Source: the human T2T-CHM13v2.0 reference genome, Homo sapiens | Direction: 5' to 3' (one strand) | Length of the DNA stretch: 64,000 nt | NCBI RefSeq assembly: GCF_009914755.1 | Contig: NC_060925.1 | Shown here: positions 1-13,564 of the stretch, piece after piece | How the letters are laid out: each line of letters opens with the position of its first letter | How positions within the stretch are numbered: position 1 is the stretch's first letter | Position numbers and translations under genes: made by a program | Notes under the pieces: generated by a model | Database searches by the model: none | Told to the model about the DNA's origin: nothing | Seen by the model: only the letters and a program-made list of their open reading frames with translations

Positions 1-333
1 CACCACCTTCCCCTGCCCAACCTGCTCAGCCTTCAGGTTTCAGCCTGAGTGTCACCTCCTCAGAGGAGCCCCCTCCGGCCTTGGTCTCAGGCCAGGCCCC
101 ATGCCAGTCATTCTTACATGCTCTGTACTCCTCCTTCTCTGAGGGATTCATCACCCTGGTAATTAGACAGTAATGCATTCAGGCAATTACTTGTTCAAGA
201 TGAGTCTCACCACTGGATTCTCAAGAGGGCAAGGAATGGGAGTGACTTGGTGGACGCAGTATCTTCAGCACCTAACTGTGCCTGGCATAAAGTCAAGGTT
301 CCATGCAGCCAATTTACAGGATGAATCAATGAA
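1..333 (+). mobile_element. L2 (LINE2) 3' end fragment
   Basis: Motifs cttcaggtttcagcctgagtgtcacctcctcagag and cagcacctaactgtgcctggcata, plus a tgaatcaatgaa tail, resemble the L2 3' consensus. Confidence 0.75.
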
Positions 334-432
334 CCCTGCCCATCCCTGACCACTGCACAGGCTGCTAGAGGATCTTGGGAAAGGATGGCTGAGAAAGGGA
401 TTTTTCATCATAACTGGCTCTTTAGATGTGGA

Positions 433-794
433 TGATGGTTAATTTTATGTGTCAACTTGGCTGGGCCATGGTATCCAGATATTTGGTCAGACATTATTCT
501 AGATGTTTCTGTGAAGATATCTCTTTAGATGGGGTGAATATTTAAATCAGTAGACTTTGAGTAAAGCAGATTACTTCTATAACGTGGGTGGGCCTCATCC
601 AATCAGTTGAAGGCTTTAAGAGAAAAAGCCTGACCTCCCTCAAGGGAGAGGGAATTCTGCCAGCAGATAACCTTGGACTCTTCCCTAGGTCTCCAGTCTG
701 CTGGTCTACCCTGAAGACTGTGGACCTGCACCTTTAAAATCTTGTAAGCCAATTCCATAAAATCAATCTCTCTCTCTCACTCTCTACACACATA

Positions 795-847
<53 letters not shown>

Positions 848-884
848 CCTATTAGTTCTGTTTCTCTGGAGAACCCGACTTATG
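433..884 (+). mobile_element. MLT2 (ERVL) solo LTR, MLT2C/B-like
   Basis: Starts tgatggttaattttatgtgtcaacttgg, contains gtgggtgggcctcatccaatcagttgaagg, and ends cctattagttctgtttctctggagaaccc. All are typical of MLT2. Confidence 0.9.
787..846. repeat. (CA)n microsatellite preceded by (CT)n, inside the MLT2 LTR
   Basis: Visible directly in the sequence. Confidence 0.97.
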
Positions 885-2779
885 AAAGTGGCCTGAGATT
901 TATGGTCTAGAATGTTTCCGGTCTTTATTCAGCCTTCAGTATCACTCAAAGGGGCAGCTGTAGAGCCTCGGGTCTGCATCTAGGATTCAAGGGGAAGTTT
1001 TCACTCTGCCACGGAATACGTGGGTGGCCTCCCCCATACCAGAGTCCCTGTCCAGGTTCCCACAGGTGGAAAGGGAGTCACAGTGAAATTTACCGGCTCA
1101 AGCATCTTGGCTGCTTCCAGGAACTGGACTCAGAAGACCAAGGTTTACCCCCTTCAGAACCATCTGAGGAATGAAACAGGCTCTCAGGCAGATCAAAGCA
1201 GAACACAGTACAGCAGTGCATTGTGAAATGAAAAGTACAACTTAGGGCTGAAAAGCTCTTCTCCCCAGCCTACACCTGATGCTCAGAACGTGGACTCCTA
1301 CCCCGGTACATGGTCCCTTAAGGAATTCAAGCCAAGGCTGCTTTCTCTGAGAACAAGAGGAGCAGTGATTGGGTAACACTGAATGATGTAAGATGATCCT
1401 ATTAGCTGGAACAGATGCACCCAGCCCTTTCTGTCCCCTGTCTAGTTCCCACCTTCTCAGACTTGACCCCCAGCTGTGGAGGGTGCCAACAGAACCCAGG
1501 GTAGACTGCTGGACAAACGACGTGGCATTTTCAAAGCAGTAATTTTGCCTGCTCTTAGCCTGAAAGAGGAGTGGAAGTAAGCAAGCAGAGGACACATAAG
1601 TTCAAAACCTCTTCCCACCACTCTGCTTGCAGTCACTTCTCTCAGTGAAAGAAACTTCCTCTGGGGCCATCTAGGGCAGAGGACCGGTGCTCCCGCTGGC
1701 CTGCCTGGGGATGGGAAAGGTGCAGGGAGCTATCCCTCACCCTTTCTTAGTCATGGTCCCTTAGTGACTAAGAACCTACTCCTGTGAAAAGGGCAAGTCT
1801 CTGTCTGCAACCAGAGGCAGCGCTTGGCTCAGTGTGGGGCCAGGGTCAACTGTTAGGCTGTGACCCCCAATGGCTTTGATTCCTGGGAAGTCACCTAGCC
1901 CAGAAAGTAACTGAATCTTTCTCTTAATATTTCCAGCAAACTGATCAAGCCTTTTTGAAACTCAGTCCAGAGATCTCACCTTCTCTACCTCCTAAGGTAG
2001 GATAGAAACTCTCATGATTCCAGTTTGATTAGTTTGACTTCCAGTCCTTCTTGTTACTCTCCCTCAAAACATCCCTATCCCATCCTCTGGTGTCCTTACA
2101 CAGTTTCATGAGGATCTTATAGAAAATAGACTTTAAAAACATATTAGCACTTCTCAGAGCCTTTTATCCTTCATAAACAAAGAATTCAAAAAGTATTAAG
2201 GAATTAAATTGAAAAAAGAAAGCAAAGAACAAGGATATGAAAGAAGATTTTTTTTATTTTATACTGAAAATAATTCCGATTAAGATTTTACTTCACGAGA
2301 TTCAAGAACTGACCTCAAAGAAATGGGAAAAAAAATCTCTGCAGTGTAATAGCAACAGCAAGTAACATTTACTGAGAACTAATCACTTAGCAAGTTCTGT
2401 TTTATATACTTTCTTTCATTTAATCCTCACTAAGCTACTCAGTGAGGTAGTTTCTATTATCTCCATTTCACACAGTGCTGAAGATGCTGGAGCCTCATGC
2501 TCTGGTTTGGTTTAAATTAGATCTCAGAGGACACAGTTTGTCCTAAGGAGTAAGTGTGTCTCTCAGAGTTCAAGAGATGGAGCTTTTCTTTCTCTGAGCA
2601 CTTACTACATGCCAAGCATAGGCTAAGCAGTTTACAAGCATTATTTTGTTGAATTCTTACATCCATTTACAAGTATCATTATCCTTTCTTACAGAGACAA
2701 GAAAGAAATGTCTGAAAAGTCTAAGCTGCCATGGTGCAGGAGGAGAGGGATTAAAGAAGAGGCTGGTATATATCTTCCT

Positions 2780-3075
2780 TTATTTATATCTTTATTTTCT
2801 TTCAATACATTTTGTAGTTCTAGGATAGAAGAATTATACCTCTTCTGTTCAACTTTTCCCTGTGTCATTCATATAAGTGTGATGCAAATGTTATAATCAT
2901 TTAAATGTTATGCTCTATTTGTTTTTGATACGTAGAAATCTAATTGACTTTTACATGTGGACACAGTATCAAGTGACTTTGCTAAAGTCACTTGTTTATT
3001 CTTATAATTCGTTTTTGATATTTTAGGTAAATCATATGTTATCTACGAATAATAAAAAGGAATCATTCCTTCTCA
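2780..3075 (-). mobile_element. Old L1M ORF2 fragment
   Basis: AT-rich stretch resembling antisense L1 ORF2 (ttttgtagtt...tagaaatctaattgacttttac...ctttgctaaagtcactt). Confidence 0.65.
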
Positions 3076-4811
3076 AAAATAAAAAGAAGAAGAGGCTGGG
3101 TCCCTGCCCTCTCAACTTCTTACCATGTCACAGAGGAAAAGGCACCGAGGCCCAAGGATAAGACTGGGGAAGTAAAATCTCATACATACAGCAGCACGGC
3201 TCCAATAGTGCGTTCTATTGCACTGTAGATCTGCCCGGGCCAAGTCATGGCTCCTGGGGGCTCCTGGGGATGAGGTGTTCCCAGCATCTGGGGAGGAGGA
3301 AAGCATCCCAGAGGCTCTTGCTCCAGGAATGAGTGCTTGTGCTTCAACCCTACTTGATCTGCCAGGGCTCTCCCACTTTGCAGGACTGTTGGTCCTGGCT
3401 GTGCCAAGCACTCTGTCCTTTTAAAACCCCTCCCTTGGCATCCACCTAGACCACCTCCAGATCCTCCCATGCTGTGGGATAAGATCTGGTGGCAGGCCCT
3501 CTTCCTGTTGAGAAGGGCAGGCATTACTACCCAATAGTTGTGGGTACAGAGGGGTTGGAGAGAATGGGGAGGGTTGAGGATAGGGCATAGTTTCCAAACA
3601 TTTTTTAGAGGAAGGAGGCCAAGAGGAATTCCCTGGGGCATGCAGCACCACAGACTGGTGCCAACTACTCAGCCCTACTCCCTTCCTCTCCAGCACACCC
3701 TTCCTGCCTTGCTTTAGAGAGCTCATCCTATAGTCTTTGCTAAGCGCTGACTGTGTATTCAGCTGAAGGATGCAGGTTCAGTATACATCCTAGTTCCCAG
3801 GTTCAAGAAGTAGGTTAAAAACAAGATCCACCCACAAACAAGTCCATGCAGCATACATCTATACACAGGCACTATGGTAGGCAAGTGCTGGATTGTATGA
3901 CGCAGGCCAAGTTCAAAGAAAGGATTGATGGAGGTGAGTGGGAAAGCTGCCTTGAAGACCTTTGGAGGGTCTAGCAGGACTAAGATTGAGAATGGCACAA
4001 GATAAGAGATCATTCTTGGGAGGGGGACCTGCATGAGTGAAGGTGAGGACAGAGGCTAAGCTGGTCTTGGTGAAGGCCTGGCACAGTGGCCCCAGGGCTG
4101 GGTGTGCTGAGACCACCAGAGGTGCCGGGTGCAGCCTTCCTGCTCTGGCTGAGTCAGTCTTGCAGCCCCGTCTCCCTGACAATATGGTAAATACAGAGCC
4201 TATAAATCCAACTGCAAACATCCACTCTTCCGGTGCCTTCTCCCTTCCAAGCCAACAAGCCCAAAGCCATCCCATGGAACGTGAGCCTGCCAGTGCCAAG
4301 CACTACGGAGCTGGCTGCAGGCACGTGGACAGGCTTCTGGGCTGAAGCTGGCTCCTTCTCAGAGCACCTCCCTCCAGAGAGCCCAGGCCTGTCTCAGTCT
4401 AACCAGGCTGCAAGTGAGGGACAGACAGATGCTCCAGCAGCCACTAGCAGCAGAAAAACACTGAGGCCATAAAAAAACACTCCATGTTTGTCAGGAGGGT
4501 CCTCCCCATTAGGGGAAATATGGGGGCCATCCATTATGGGAGGTGCCTACTAAAGAGGCTGATCTCCAGTGTGCCAAGAAGAAGCTGTCAAAGGGGGAAA
4601 GGCACCCTGCAAGCGCTGTTCCTCTCTGAGCCTCTGATTCCTCATCTGCGAAATGGGAGACATTCTCCTTGCCCTGATCTTTGCATAGAAACTGAATGGA
4701 ATGAAAAAGAATTGCAAGAATAATCTTCGCCTGAGCAAGACCTCTGCTTCTCTCCCCAACAAGAGTCAATCTTTCTGGATGGGGGACCCTTGGAGAGGGT
4801 TAAGCCCTTCG

Positions 4812-4975
4812 TATTCAAAGTGCAGTCTTGGACCAGAAGCATAAGCATCCCCTGGAAGCTTGTCAGAAATGCTGACTCTTGGGCCCTACACTAGAACTTC
4901 TGAATTGGAATCTGTATTTTAACAAGATCCTCAAGTGATCCGTGGGCACAGTAAAGTTTGAGAAGTATTGTTCTA
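4812..4975. mobile_element. MER5A-like hAT-Charlie MITE
   Basis: ttcaaagtg...agcatcccctggaagcttgtcagaaatgc...tttaacaagatcctcaagtgat...aaagtttgagaag. Confidence 0.85.
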
Positions 4976-5087
4976 GTCCATGGAACGTAACCCCTTCATG
5001 TTACCAGTGAAGAAGCTGAGACCCAGTAGAAATAAGTCACTTACAGGAAGCCACACAGTAAATAAGTGGTAGACATGGGCCCAAGTA

Positions 5088-5290
5088 GCAGTGCAGTGCA
5101 AAGGAAGAATCACAGGCCCTGAAATCAGAGCTACTTAGGTTCAAATCCTGCCTCTGCCATAACATACCCTATGGCCTAGGAAGAAAGCTAACTAATTTCT
5201 CTGAACTTTGGTTTTGCCACCTGTAAAATGGGTATAATAATAGCTATCTTTTAGGATTAATGATGAGGATTAAAATGAGATGATGCATCA
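5088..5290 (+). mobile_element. MIR SINE
   Basis: B-box-like ggttcaaatcc and core ctgtaaaatgggtataataatag. Confidence 0.8.
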
Positions 5291-6028
5291 GATGCCTTGC
5301 ACTGCATGCATTTCATGTTTGATGTTCACAAGCTTTGCCTTCATCTGCACTCCACAACCTCTAAACTCCACACCCCATGATTATTGGGCCCAAGAATCTG
5401 TGAAAAGACTGCTTTTCTGCCTCCAACAATGCAGACACAGTTGCTGAGCTGAGAAGAAGGGAAAGAATAGGAAGAGATAGCAAGGCTCTTAAAGTCTAGA
5501 CTGACTTATCCTTTAAATTCTGAAGAGTTCCCAGTCCAATCCTCTAGCAAAAAGTCAATCTGCAAACATCATCAGTTACTGTGGTACCTAAGTGTACTAG
5601 TACATAGCCCATGCTCAGTAAGATTGATGAATGCAGGACTGAAGGGTCCCTCAGGCCCTCACTCTGAGCTCTTTCAGGCTCACATCCCTCATTTTCACAT
5701 GTCTGGATTCTGGTCATCCTTCAAGGCCCAGCCTAAACATCATGTCCTCTGAAAGTTCATGACTAGATCCCCTGTTGGAATTGATCTCCCAGGTAAAACC
5801 CTAACTGCTTTAACATAACTTACAAGACTATCTACCTCTCAGCCTTGCATTTTGACCCTAGATTAGACAATTTGCAGGTCTCTGGGCACAGATGCTTCTT
5901 GCCTCAAGGCCTTTACACATGCTGTTCCCTTTATCTGCAATACTCTTCTCGTAAAGCCCCCTCTATCTAATTCCTACCCAGCCTTTATGTCTCAGCCTAG
6001 ATGTTAATTTAGACATACATTTTTCCTG

Positions 6029-6189
6029 CAGAACTGGGACTAGGATGAGGCAAGCAAGGCACCTGGAGCACAGAATTTACAGAGGTCCTGAGTCTCATGT
6101 GCCAACCCTGCACTTGTGTGACTTGAAGAGAGAGAGCCTCCTTAAATTTTGAGTCCTAGATGCCTCCTTTGCCTCTCCCTGGTCCTCTG
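6029..6189. mobile_element. MER96-like palindromic hAT MITE inserted in an L2 fragment
   Basis: Inverted arms ggactaggatgaggcaagcaaggcacctggagcacagaattta and taaattttgagtcctagatgcctcctttgcctctccctggtcc. L2-like sequence lies on both sides. Confidence 0.7.
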
Positions 6190-7869
6190 GATGTTTCCTT
6201 GAATCCCCTGCTATTTTAGAGTCCCTGCTCTGTGCCATCCCCTGGTCATAGTCTTTACTTAAGAGGACTGTGATTGCCTGGGTGTTTATCAGTCCTCTCT
6301 CTGAACTGTTAAGCTCCAGAGCAAGAATACTTCTTCCTTGCTCCCCATTTCATTCTCAGAGCCTGGCAGAGGGCAGACATTGCATCAGCACTTGCTGGAT
6401 GTGCATAAAAGTGTCATCTCCCTCATCCTGTGCTCTCAAATCCCACTGAAGGACCCAGTGTCCTAGCACCTACCAATCTCTGCCTTCTGATCCACAAAAC
6501 TGCCCTCATCTGGCTAGACTGCACTCCCAGGGGTCGGCCTTCACTTTGCATGCTCAGAACCCAGCTCGGGACCTGGCAGAGTGGGTGCTCATGCGCATTT
6601 GCTGGGCAGGGTTAGCACTGGAGGAATGCTGTAACGATGGGCAATGCACACTAAACCTGGTGTGGACAACTCCAGCAACATCCTCATCTCCCTCTTCACC
6701 TCCAGGCTTTCCCTGCCCAGCTCCTCTTTAGCCAAATGGGCCTGTCAGAAACATCTAACTGTCTCTAGCTCCATGTCCTGAGCCAAATGCCCTTGCCCAG
6801 CCCCCCAATGCCCTGCTCTGGTATGAAAAGAGGTGGTTACGTGCATACCTGGCTCCCTACTTCTCCCACCTCCCTGCTCCACATACATACCAATTCTACT
6901 GTGATACACTGTGAGACCAACTCTCCCTCGTCTTTGGCTCCCCAGGCCCAGCCAGGGAGGTGCCCAGTTCTGGAGTGGAGGCTGTGGGGAACAGCACACC
7001 CTTCCCCTTCTCCCTGCCAAAAGGCAGATCCTGAGCCATGGTGCGCCAAGGTTTAGGGTCCAATTTCCCAGATGCCTTTCAGTGTCTGATAGGAGATGCC
7101 AGAGAAGAGAAAGACCAGGAGGCCAGGTGATTTATGAGGGAAATCTTGGCTTTGACAAAGCTTTAGCCCTAGAGATTAAGGCAGGCGAAAGCAGAGTGCA
7201 CAGCCTCTTCCTGAGGGGTGTTGGGGTTTCTCTGGGCATCTGGATCTGGATCCCTGAGGATAGCGCTGAGCTCTTGGCTGACTCCAGCTACTCCTCAGCG
7301 CCACATCCTGGAGCAGAACAAGGCCCCTGGTGGCTTAGGAAGTGGGGAGAGAGGAGCTACGAGTCCGCGATAGTAAACCAGGCCTGCTCTGCCTGCCCTC
7401 CTCCCTGCTACTGCCCTGCAGAGGCTTCAAAGGACAGCAGGAGCCTCAGAACTGGCTGTGTGACAGGAGACACACACATACTTTGGCTTATAGTTGGCAA
7501 CAAACAGGTGGAGACTAATTTTGCCTTCATCCTCTGGTCTCCTCTTCAAGGATCCCTTATCCCGAGAAAGAACATCTCAAGCCTGTGAATCACACAACTC
7601 CTCTCTCCCTCCCAGTGGCCTTCACCTCCAGGGCTCTCTGTGGTTAGAACATGCTCATGTCCCTCCCTTTACAGACAGGCAGACTGAGGCCCAGAAAGGA
7701 AAAGGGACTGACCCAGGGTCTCACCAGCAGCTTATGAGACGAGCTGGGACCCGACCCCACAGCTGTTGATTCTCCCTTGGTGCTCCCAAAGACCACCCCT
7801 TCCTGATGGGAGCAATGTAAAAACCGTGGCCACCTTCAATCTGTGACACTGACATTCCAGAATGTGGGC

Positions 7870-8045
7870 ATCTGCTTACTTTATATATCCTGTGTCATTC
7901 ACCAGAATATGGGCTCTGTGAGGGCTGAGACCTTTTCTGTATTATCGACTGCTCTATCCCCAGCACCTAAAACAGTTCCTGGCACATAGAAGAGATCAGA
8001 ACAAATGGGTGAAGGAATAAATGAATGAGCTAACGAATGAATGAT
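7870..8045 (+). mobile_element. L2 3' end
   Basis: tatccccagcacctaaaacagttcctggcacatag followed by a (tgaa)n tail. Confidence 0.85.
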
Positions 8046-8239
8046 TATGTGTAGAATAGGCCACTTGTCCTGTACAGGCTTTAGGATTCCTTCTTTTTTA
8101 AAAAAGTGAGTTGATTATTCTTGCTTCAGCTTTGGAGTCCTAGATTGTTCTAGAGCAGGAAGAACTTTAGAGAGCCTCTAATGCAGGCCCATGAAGGTAT
8201 AGCCAGATCTTTCTCTTTTCGCCACCAGCAGCCATACCC

Positions 8240-8742
8240 CACCTTATGTTTTCTCCATCTGGACACGTGTGCTGAGAAGACCTTTGGCAGGGGGTCTATG
8301 TCCCCACTCCTCAGATCTTGGTGGGTTCTGCAACTACTTTGACTGAGACATCAGGCAGAAGTGATGCTGTGCCTGTTTTCTGGCCCAGGACTCAGTAACA
8401 CTGGCCGTTCCCACTTCCTGTCTCCTGGCATACATGCATGGGTTCCTGAGGTGCCACGTGAGAAGTTCAACTATGCTTCTGGAGACACCACGTGGGGAGG
8501 GCAAGTATCGCAGCTGCCATCTCCCAGCCATACCTGCCTTCTAGAGGGAAGCTTCTAGAACTCATCACACCAGCCCAGTTGCCTGCCTAATACCCGAGTG
8601 AACTCTCAGGATGCTACAGACAGCAAAATGGCCCAGCTGCTCCCTGTCCAAGTCCTGATCCCATGGATCAAGAGCACAATAAAAGTACTGTGAAGTCACT
8701 AAGCCTAGGGTGGTTTGTCACACGGCAATAGATAACCCCAAC
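8240..8742 (+). mobile_element. MaLR solo LTR (MLT1G/H-like)
   Basis: Contains ggcagaagtgatgctgtgcc and the 3' end aataaa...cactaagcctagggtggtttgtcacacggcaatagataac...ca. Confidence 0.75.
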
Positions 8743-8744
8743 AT

Positions 8745-9590
8745 CCAAGTAGTAACAAGTGCTGTGAGGGAAATAAAGCAGAGGAAAGGGACAAAGAGTA
8801 ACAGGGCTGTACCTCTCTGAGAATGTCTCTGAGAATATGATATTTGATCACAGGACTTAACGGAGGGTTTTGGGCCTGAATCATTCACTGAGATGAAGTC
8901 CTGGGGAGGAGGAGTTTGAGAGGTGAAGGAAGAGTACCTGAAATCAAGAGTTCTTTTATGAACATGTTAAATTTAAGATGCCTGGTGCACATCCAAGAAG
9001 AGTTGCAGAGTGAACACTTGGAGACTAGTCTAGAGCTTTAGGGTAGAGACTGCTCCAATTTTAAGACCTCTACATGATGTAAGACCATCCATGAGGTAAA
9101 CAACAGCATCAGTGGAATGCCAACATGGATTCAAGGCCATGGAGCTGGGTGGGATTCCCTGGAGTATAGCTACAGAAGGTGCACCAAGGAGAGGACCAAA
9201 TGGCTGACCAATGGATTGAACAAAAGTGGTGGCAAAGCAGAAGTGAGGATGAAATAGTGATAAGGATTGGATTGAGAAGACAATGGAAGGCAGTGAGGAC
9301 AGACGTCCGTGGAGGAGCTGAGTTATAATGGGAAACTGAGAAATAAGGCAGGAGCTGAGGAGGGATGTGGAGTCAAGGGAGTTGTTTCTAGATGGGAGAT
9401 CCTATAGCATGTGTGTCTCCTGAGTGATCAGGAGAGAGTGAGAAATTGATGCAGGGAAGAGAAGGGATAAGCACAGGAGCAAAAATTCGTGCAACAGGAG
9501 AAGGAACTTGTGATTAAGGAAGCAAGTGAACAAGCGGGTGTAATTTATCCACAAGAACAGCCATAACATGGCAGAGCCTTGGGTTCTCAA
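8745..9590 (-). mobile_element. L2 fragment (antisense)
   Basis: Purine-rich stretch with gagttcttttatgaacatgttaaatttaagatgcctg, typical of antisense L2. Confidence 0.65.
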
Positions 9591-9982
9591 AGAGGAGAAG
9601 CCACAGGTAACAGTCCCAGCCCCACTATTTAATGGCTGGTTGACTCTGCGCAAGTCACTTCTTCCTCATCTGAACATGGGGATTAATGATCCCTAACTCA
9701 CAGGGCTGTCAGGAGGATCATAGATACTGACAGTTGTCAAGTGACTAGTTCAAAGAACGGGTGGCTCTTACAGCAGTTGATACTGGGGTTCTTGGTCCCA
9801 GAACGTGAGCTTGGGTCATGTGATCTGCTTTGTCATGCAGCAAACCTCTTTGAGTCTGAGCTTTGTAATTCAGCACTAGCACAGGGCAAAGGACATGAGT
9901 GGCAATGAGCAGACCAGGAATTGAACTCAGTCTCCCATCTCCTTGGCGTTCAGAGCCCTCCGTGAGCCCCCATCTCCTGTCA

Positions 9983-10283
9983 TTTTTTTTTTTTTGAGAC
10001 GCAGTCTCACTTTGTTGTCCAGGCTGGCATGCAGTGGTGCAATCTTGGCTCACTGCAAGCTCTGCCTCCTGAGTTCACGCCATTCTCCTGCCTCAGCCTC
10101 CTGAGTAGCTGGGACTATAGGCACCCGCCACCACGCCTGGCTAATTTTTTTTTTTGTATTTTTTTAGTAGAGACGGGGTTTCAACATATTAGCCAGGATG
10201 ATCTCGATCTCCTGACCTTGTGATCCACCCGCCTCAGCCTCCCAAAGTGCTGGGATTACAGGCGGGAGCTACCACACCCAACC
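9983..10283 (-). mobile_element. Alu, AluY-like
   Basis: Poly-T plus full dimer, with Y-type diagnostics (caagctc, ttcacgccattctcc, ttagccaggatg). TSD tctcctgtcatt at 9973-9984 and 10284-10295. Confidence 0.96.
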
Positions 10284-10687
10284 TCTCCTGTCATTCTTTA
10301 CCTTGCACTTTGTGCTTTGGCAGCAATGAGTTTCTGATAGTCTCACATATGAGACTATGAAACAACCACACTGCTGTTACTCAGCTTTATATCTTTGGGA
10401 ATGCTCTCCTCTCTGCCGTGCTACCTAGAATGCCATTCTCCACTTTGATGTATATAAATAGCAGCTGAGACATTCCCCTCCAGAGAACCTTCTCTGACTC
10501 CCTCTAGTCCTATGTAGGTGCCCTTCCACTGGGGCTAAACTCTTGCACACACTGCTCTGTTGGTACACTGTGTGCCCCTGGAGAGACAGAACAGAGCTCC
10601 AATCATCTTTGTAACTACAGGGCTTGACACAGTGAGTATCTGCTGAACCAAACTTTTCCCAGATAGCAGATGAATCAGAGGGATAGA

Positions 10688-10889
10688 CAGCACTGTCCAA
10701 CAGAACTTTATGCAACAACAGAAATGTTCTGTGTCTGTGCTTTCCAATACAGTGATCACTCAACACAAGTTTGTGGTTATTGAGCCCTTGAAATGTGCTG
10801 GTGCAACTGAGAAACTGAATTTTTAATTTAATTTAGTTTAGGTTTAAATAGTCACAGATGGCTAAGGGTTGTTTTATTGGACAGCACAA
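10688..10889. mobile_element. MER3-like hAT-Charlie DNA element
   Basis: Terminal inverted repeats gcactgtccaa and ttggacagcac, with internal gaaatgtgctggtgcaactgagaaactgaattt. Confidence 0.85.
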
Positions 10890-10929
10890 GTTGGAGGGTA
10901 GAAAGAAGGGGTTGGGGAAAAGCTGATGT

Positions 10930-11140
10930 TATTAAACACTTAGTATGTGCTAGGCTTTTGACACTCTTTAGTATGTTAATCTTTACAATAATTCTGTGAG
11001 ATGGCAAGCACTATTTTCCCATTTTAGACAAGGAAGTTGAACCTTAGAGAGAGAGTCAGTGACTTGCTGTGAGCCCTCAGCTTGGAGACTGCACAGCAGG
11101 TCCCTGACTCCCCAGTCTCTGGTTCATCCCACCACACTAG
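10930..11140 (-). mobile_element. MIR SINE
   Basis: Core cccattttagacaaggaagttgaacc with an upstream MIR-like segment. Confidence 0.7.
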
Positions 11141-12009
11141 GCTGACCTCACACCTATGCAGGGCCTGGCCCTGGAGGTGCTTTGTGAAGGAGTCCTCCCC
11201 ATTCCCACACCCCCTCCCACAGTCCCTGCAGGCACACAGGTCAGGCCCACAGCCCTGTCCTAGCTGGTAAGGCGCATTCTTCTGGCAGTGCTGCTGCATC
11301 ACTCACAGACGTCTGGGGGCAGAGGCTGAGTGTGGTGAGGCAGGAGGCCTTGGCTGCCAGCGGGAGGGGTAGGCGGGCCCAGAGCCTGCTAGCATTCTGC
11401 TCCTTGGATCTCCCCTCGCGTGAGCAGCTTTGGGGAGTTCTCTTGGTGCTGTTGTAATTTATTGTTTCTGCTCTAATGATTGCTCCATGTCTGATTATAA
11501 ATGCCTTCTGGCTGGGGGCCCAGACTCAGAAAATTCCCGTGATCTGCTTCCAAAGCTGATGGAGCCACAAATGGGACTGATGTCTCTGTTTCGTCATCGG
11601 CCACATTTACAAGGGAGGAGGATCCAAGGCCAGACACAGGGCTTAGAGTGGAGATGTAACAGGAGGCATCTGGTGACCTGGAATTCCCATCAGAGCCCCA
11701 ACAGGGCATCTCCTGAGTCCTGGAGAACCTTCAAGATGGTACTCAAAAGAGCCTACTCCCTTCCTCTCAAAATGCAAGGCAGAGTCCGAGTTGGAAGCAG
11801 CAGGTGATACAGTCACAGTGAAAGGGGCCTCCGAAAAACACTGTCCAACCCTGCTAATGCCCTCTCTTTATCCACCTGGAAAATTCCTACTCATGCCTCA
11901 GGAGGCAGCTTTGGCATCCTGCAAGAAGCCTGCTCTGACACCCACAGCCTCCCACCCGCAGGTAGACAAGTAGTCTCTACTCCCTGTAAATCTCTTCTAG
12001 CATGGCACA

Positions 12010-12250
12010 CCATAATCATAATTACACCTACTATTTACTGAGGGCTTCCTCTTTGCCAGGCACCATGTACCTTATCTATTTTTCACCTCATCCCTGGGAG
12101 AAAGGCACTATCCTTATCCACATTTGACAGACTAGGGAACAAAAGCTCAGAGAGGTTAAGGGAGTTGCTTAAGGTCAAACAACTGCCAAATAATGGAGCT
12201 GGACTTAAATTCAGAAGATTCCAACCCAAAATTTAAGCCTTACACCACAT
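12010..12250 (-). mobile_element. MIR SINE
   Basis: atttactgagggcttcc...gctcagagaggttaagggagttgcttaaggtca. Confidence 0.75.
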
Positions 12251-12764
12251 GTGTTCACACCCGTCGTCACTGTATTGCAACAGGCTGTTTTGTCTCTTGC
12301 TTCATTAAAATAGAGCTTCTGGGGACATATCTGACCTCAATAACACGGGTACTCAGGAAATGACCACTGAGCAAACTTCACATAAAGAAAGTCCTAGTGC
12401 ACTAAGTAGGTAATAAAATTAGGGCAGTCACTTATTACTGCCCTACTGCAGGATATTTAAGAGGACTCAAAAAAGCAATGGGCAAAGGCTTCAACAAGCA
12501 AGTAAGATAGGACTGCAGGAAAAAAACACTATATCTCAACTGGGACTGAAAAGTCCTGAATTTTCTAGGTTAGTCCTACTTTTAAATACCATATCTCATC
12601 AGTTCCTTATGTCACCAGAATGACCTAGAAACCCCAATATTTAGATATCTAAACTGTATCTCTTATATGATATTTCATGCCCACGCATCCCAAATATCCC
12701 ACTATGTCTTGTAATTTAGGATGCAGGAAATAAAGCCACAGAAAAAAAGAGCTTCAACTTTAGA

Positions 12765-12965
12765 GGAAGGCAGACTCATGCTCAAACTCCAATTTTGCTG
12801 CTCATTAGCTGTGCAATCCTGGACAAACTGTTTCCCTTCTCTGAGACTCAAATGTAAAAATAGAGCTAAGAGCTGCTGCCTTGCAGGGCTGTTAAGCGTA
12901 GTAAACAGAAGAACATATGGGAAAGCACCCAGAATGGCACCTGGCACACAGGAGGGACTCAGGAA
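12765..12965 (+). mobile_element. MIR SINE
   Basis: cattagctgtgcaatcctggacaa...aagcacccagaatggcacctggcacacag. Confidence 0.75.
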
Positions 12966-13564
12966 CTATGAGGTCTCTCCTCTCTCTCAAATGAGGTCAG
13001 GCAAGAAAGCCATTCTTAGCAACAGACTCAGCTGAATGCAAAGGGTGTGATGTACTGGTGGACCAATGATCAAAGAGAAGAGATTGGTTTACTTGGGGCT
13101 GAGGTCATGAATTGACTTCTTCATCATTTATAGACTCACAATGAGTGTGGATGAAATAACAGGCCACCCTAAGAGCAGCCCTACATTAGGGCAGATGGAA
13201 AGAGATGGGTAAAATCTTGCCCCACTCCCAACTAGGAGCTCACAGGGTGCTGGAGCAGAAAAACAACAGGAAAGGTGAACAGAGAACCCAGCAGGTATGA
13301 GGGCAAAGGGCAGACAGACCATGAGGAGGTCTACCAAGCCTAGAGATGTCAGGAGAGGCTTGTGGAAGAGCTGAGTCTTGAGGAAGGGATAGAACTTCTA
13401 GGAAAGCGTATCTTCAGTTACAGAGGAGTGCTGTACAGACAAAGGAAAAGGCATAAAAAGGATAATAAGTTTTAAAAATTAGTTTGCCACTATATTTCGG
13501 ATTTTGGAGGAAGCTTAAAAAAACCTATTGCACTCTCCTTGTTGTCAAAGGTATTCTGTTTCCT

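Noticed and set aside
6911-7588. 225-aa ORF
   Set aside because: It has a GTG start, no recognisable domain and no convincing splice boundaries. It is consistent with a chance ORF in GC-rich DNA.
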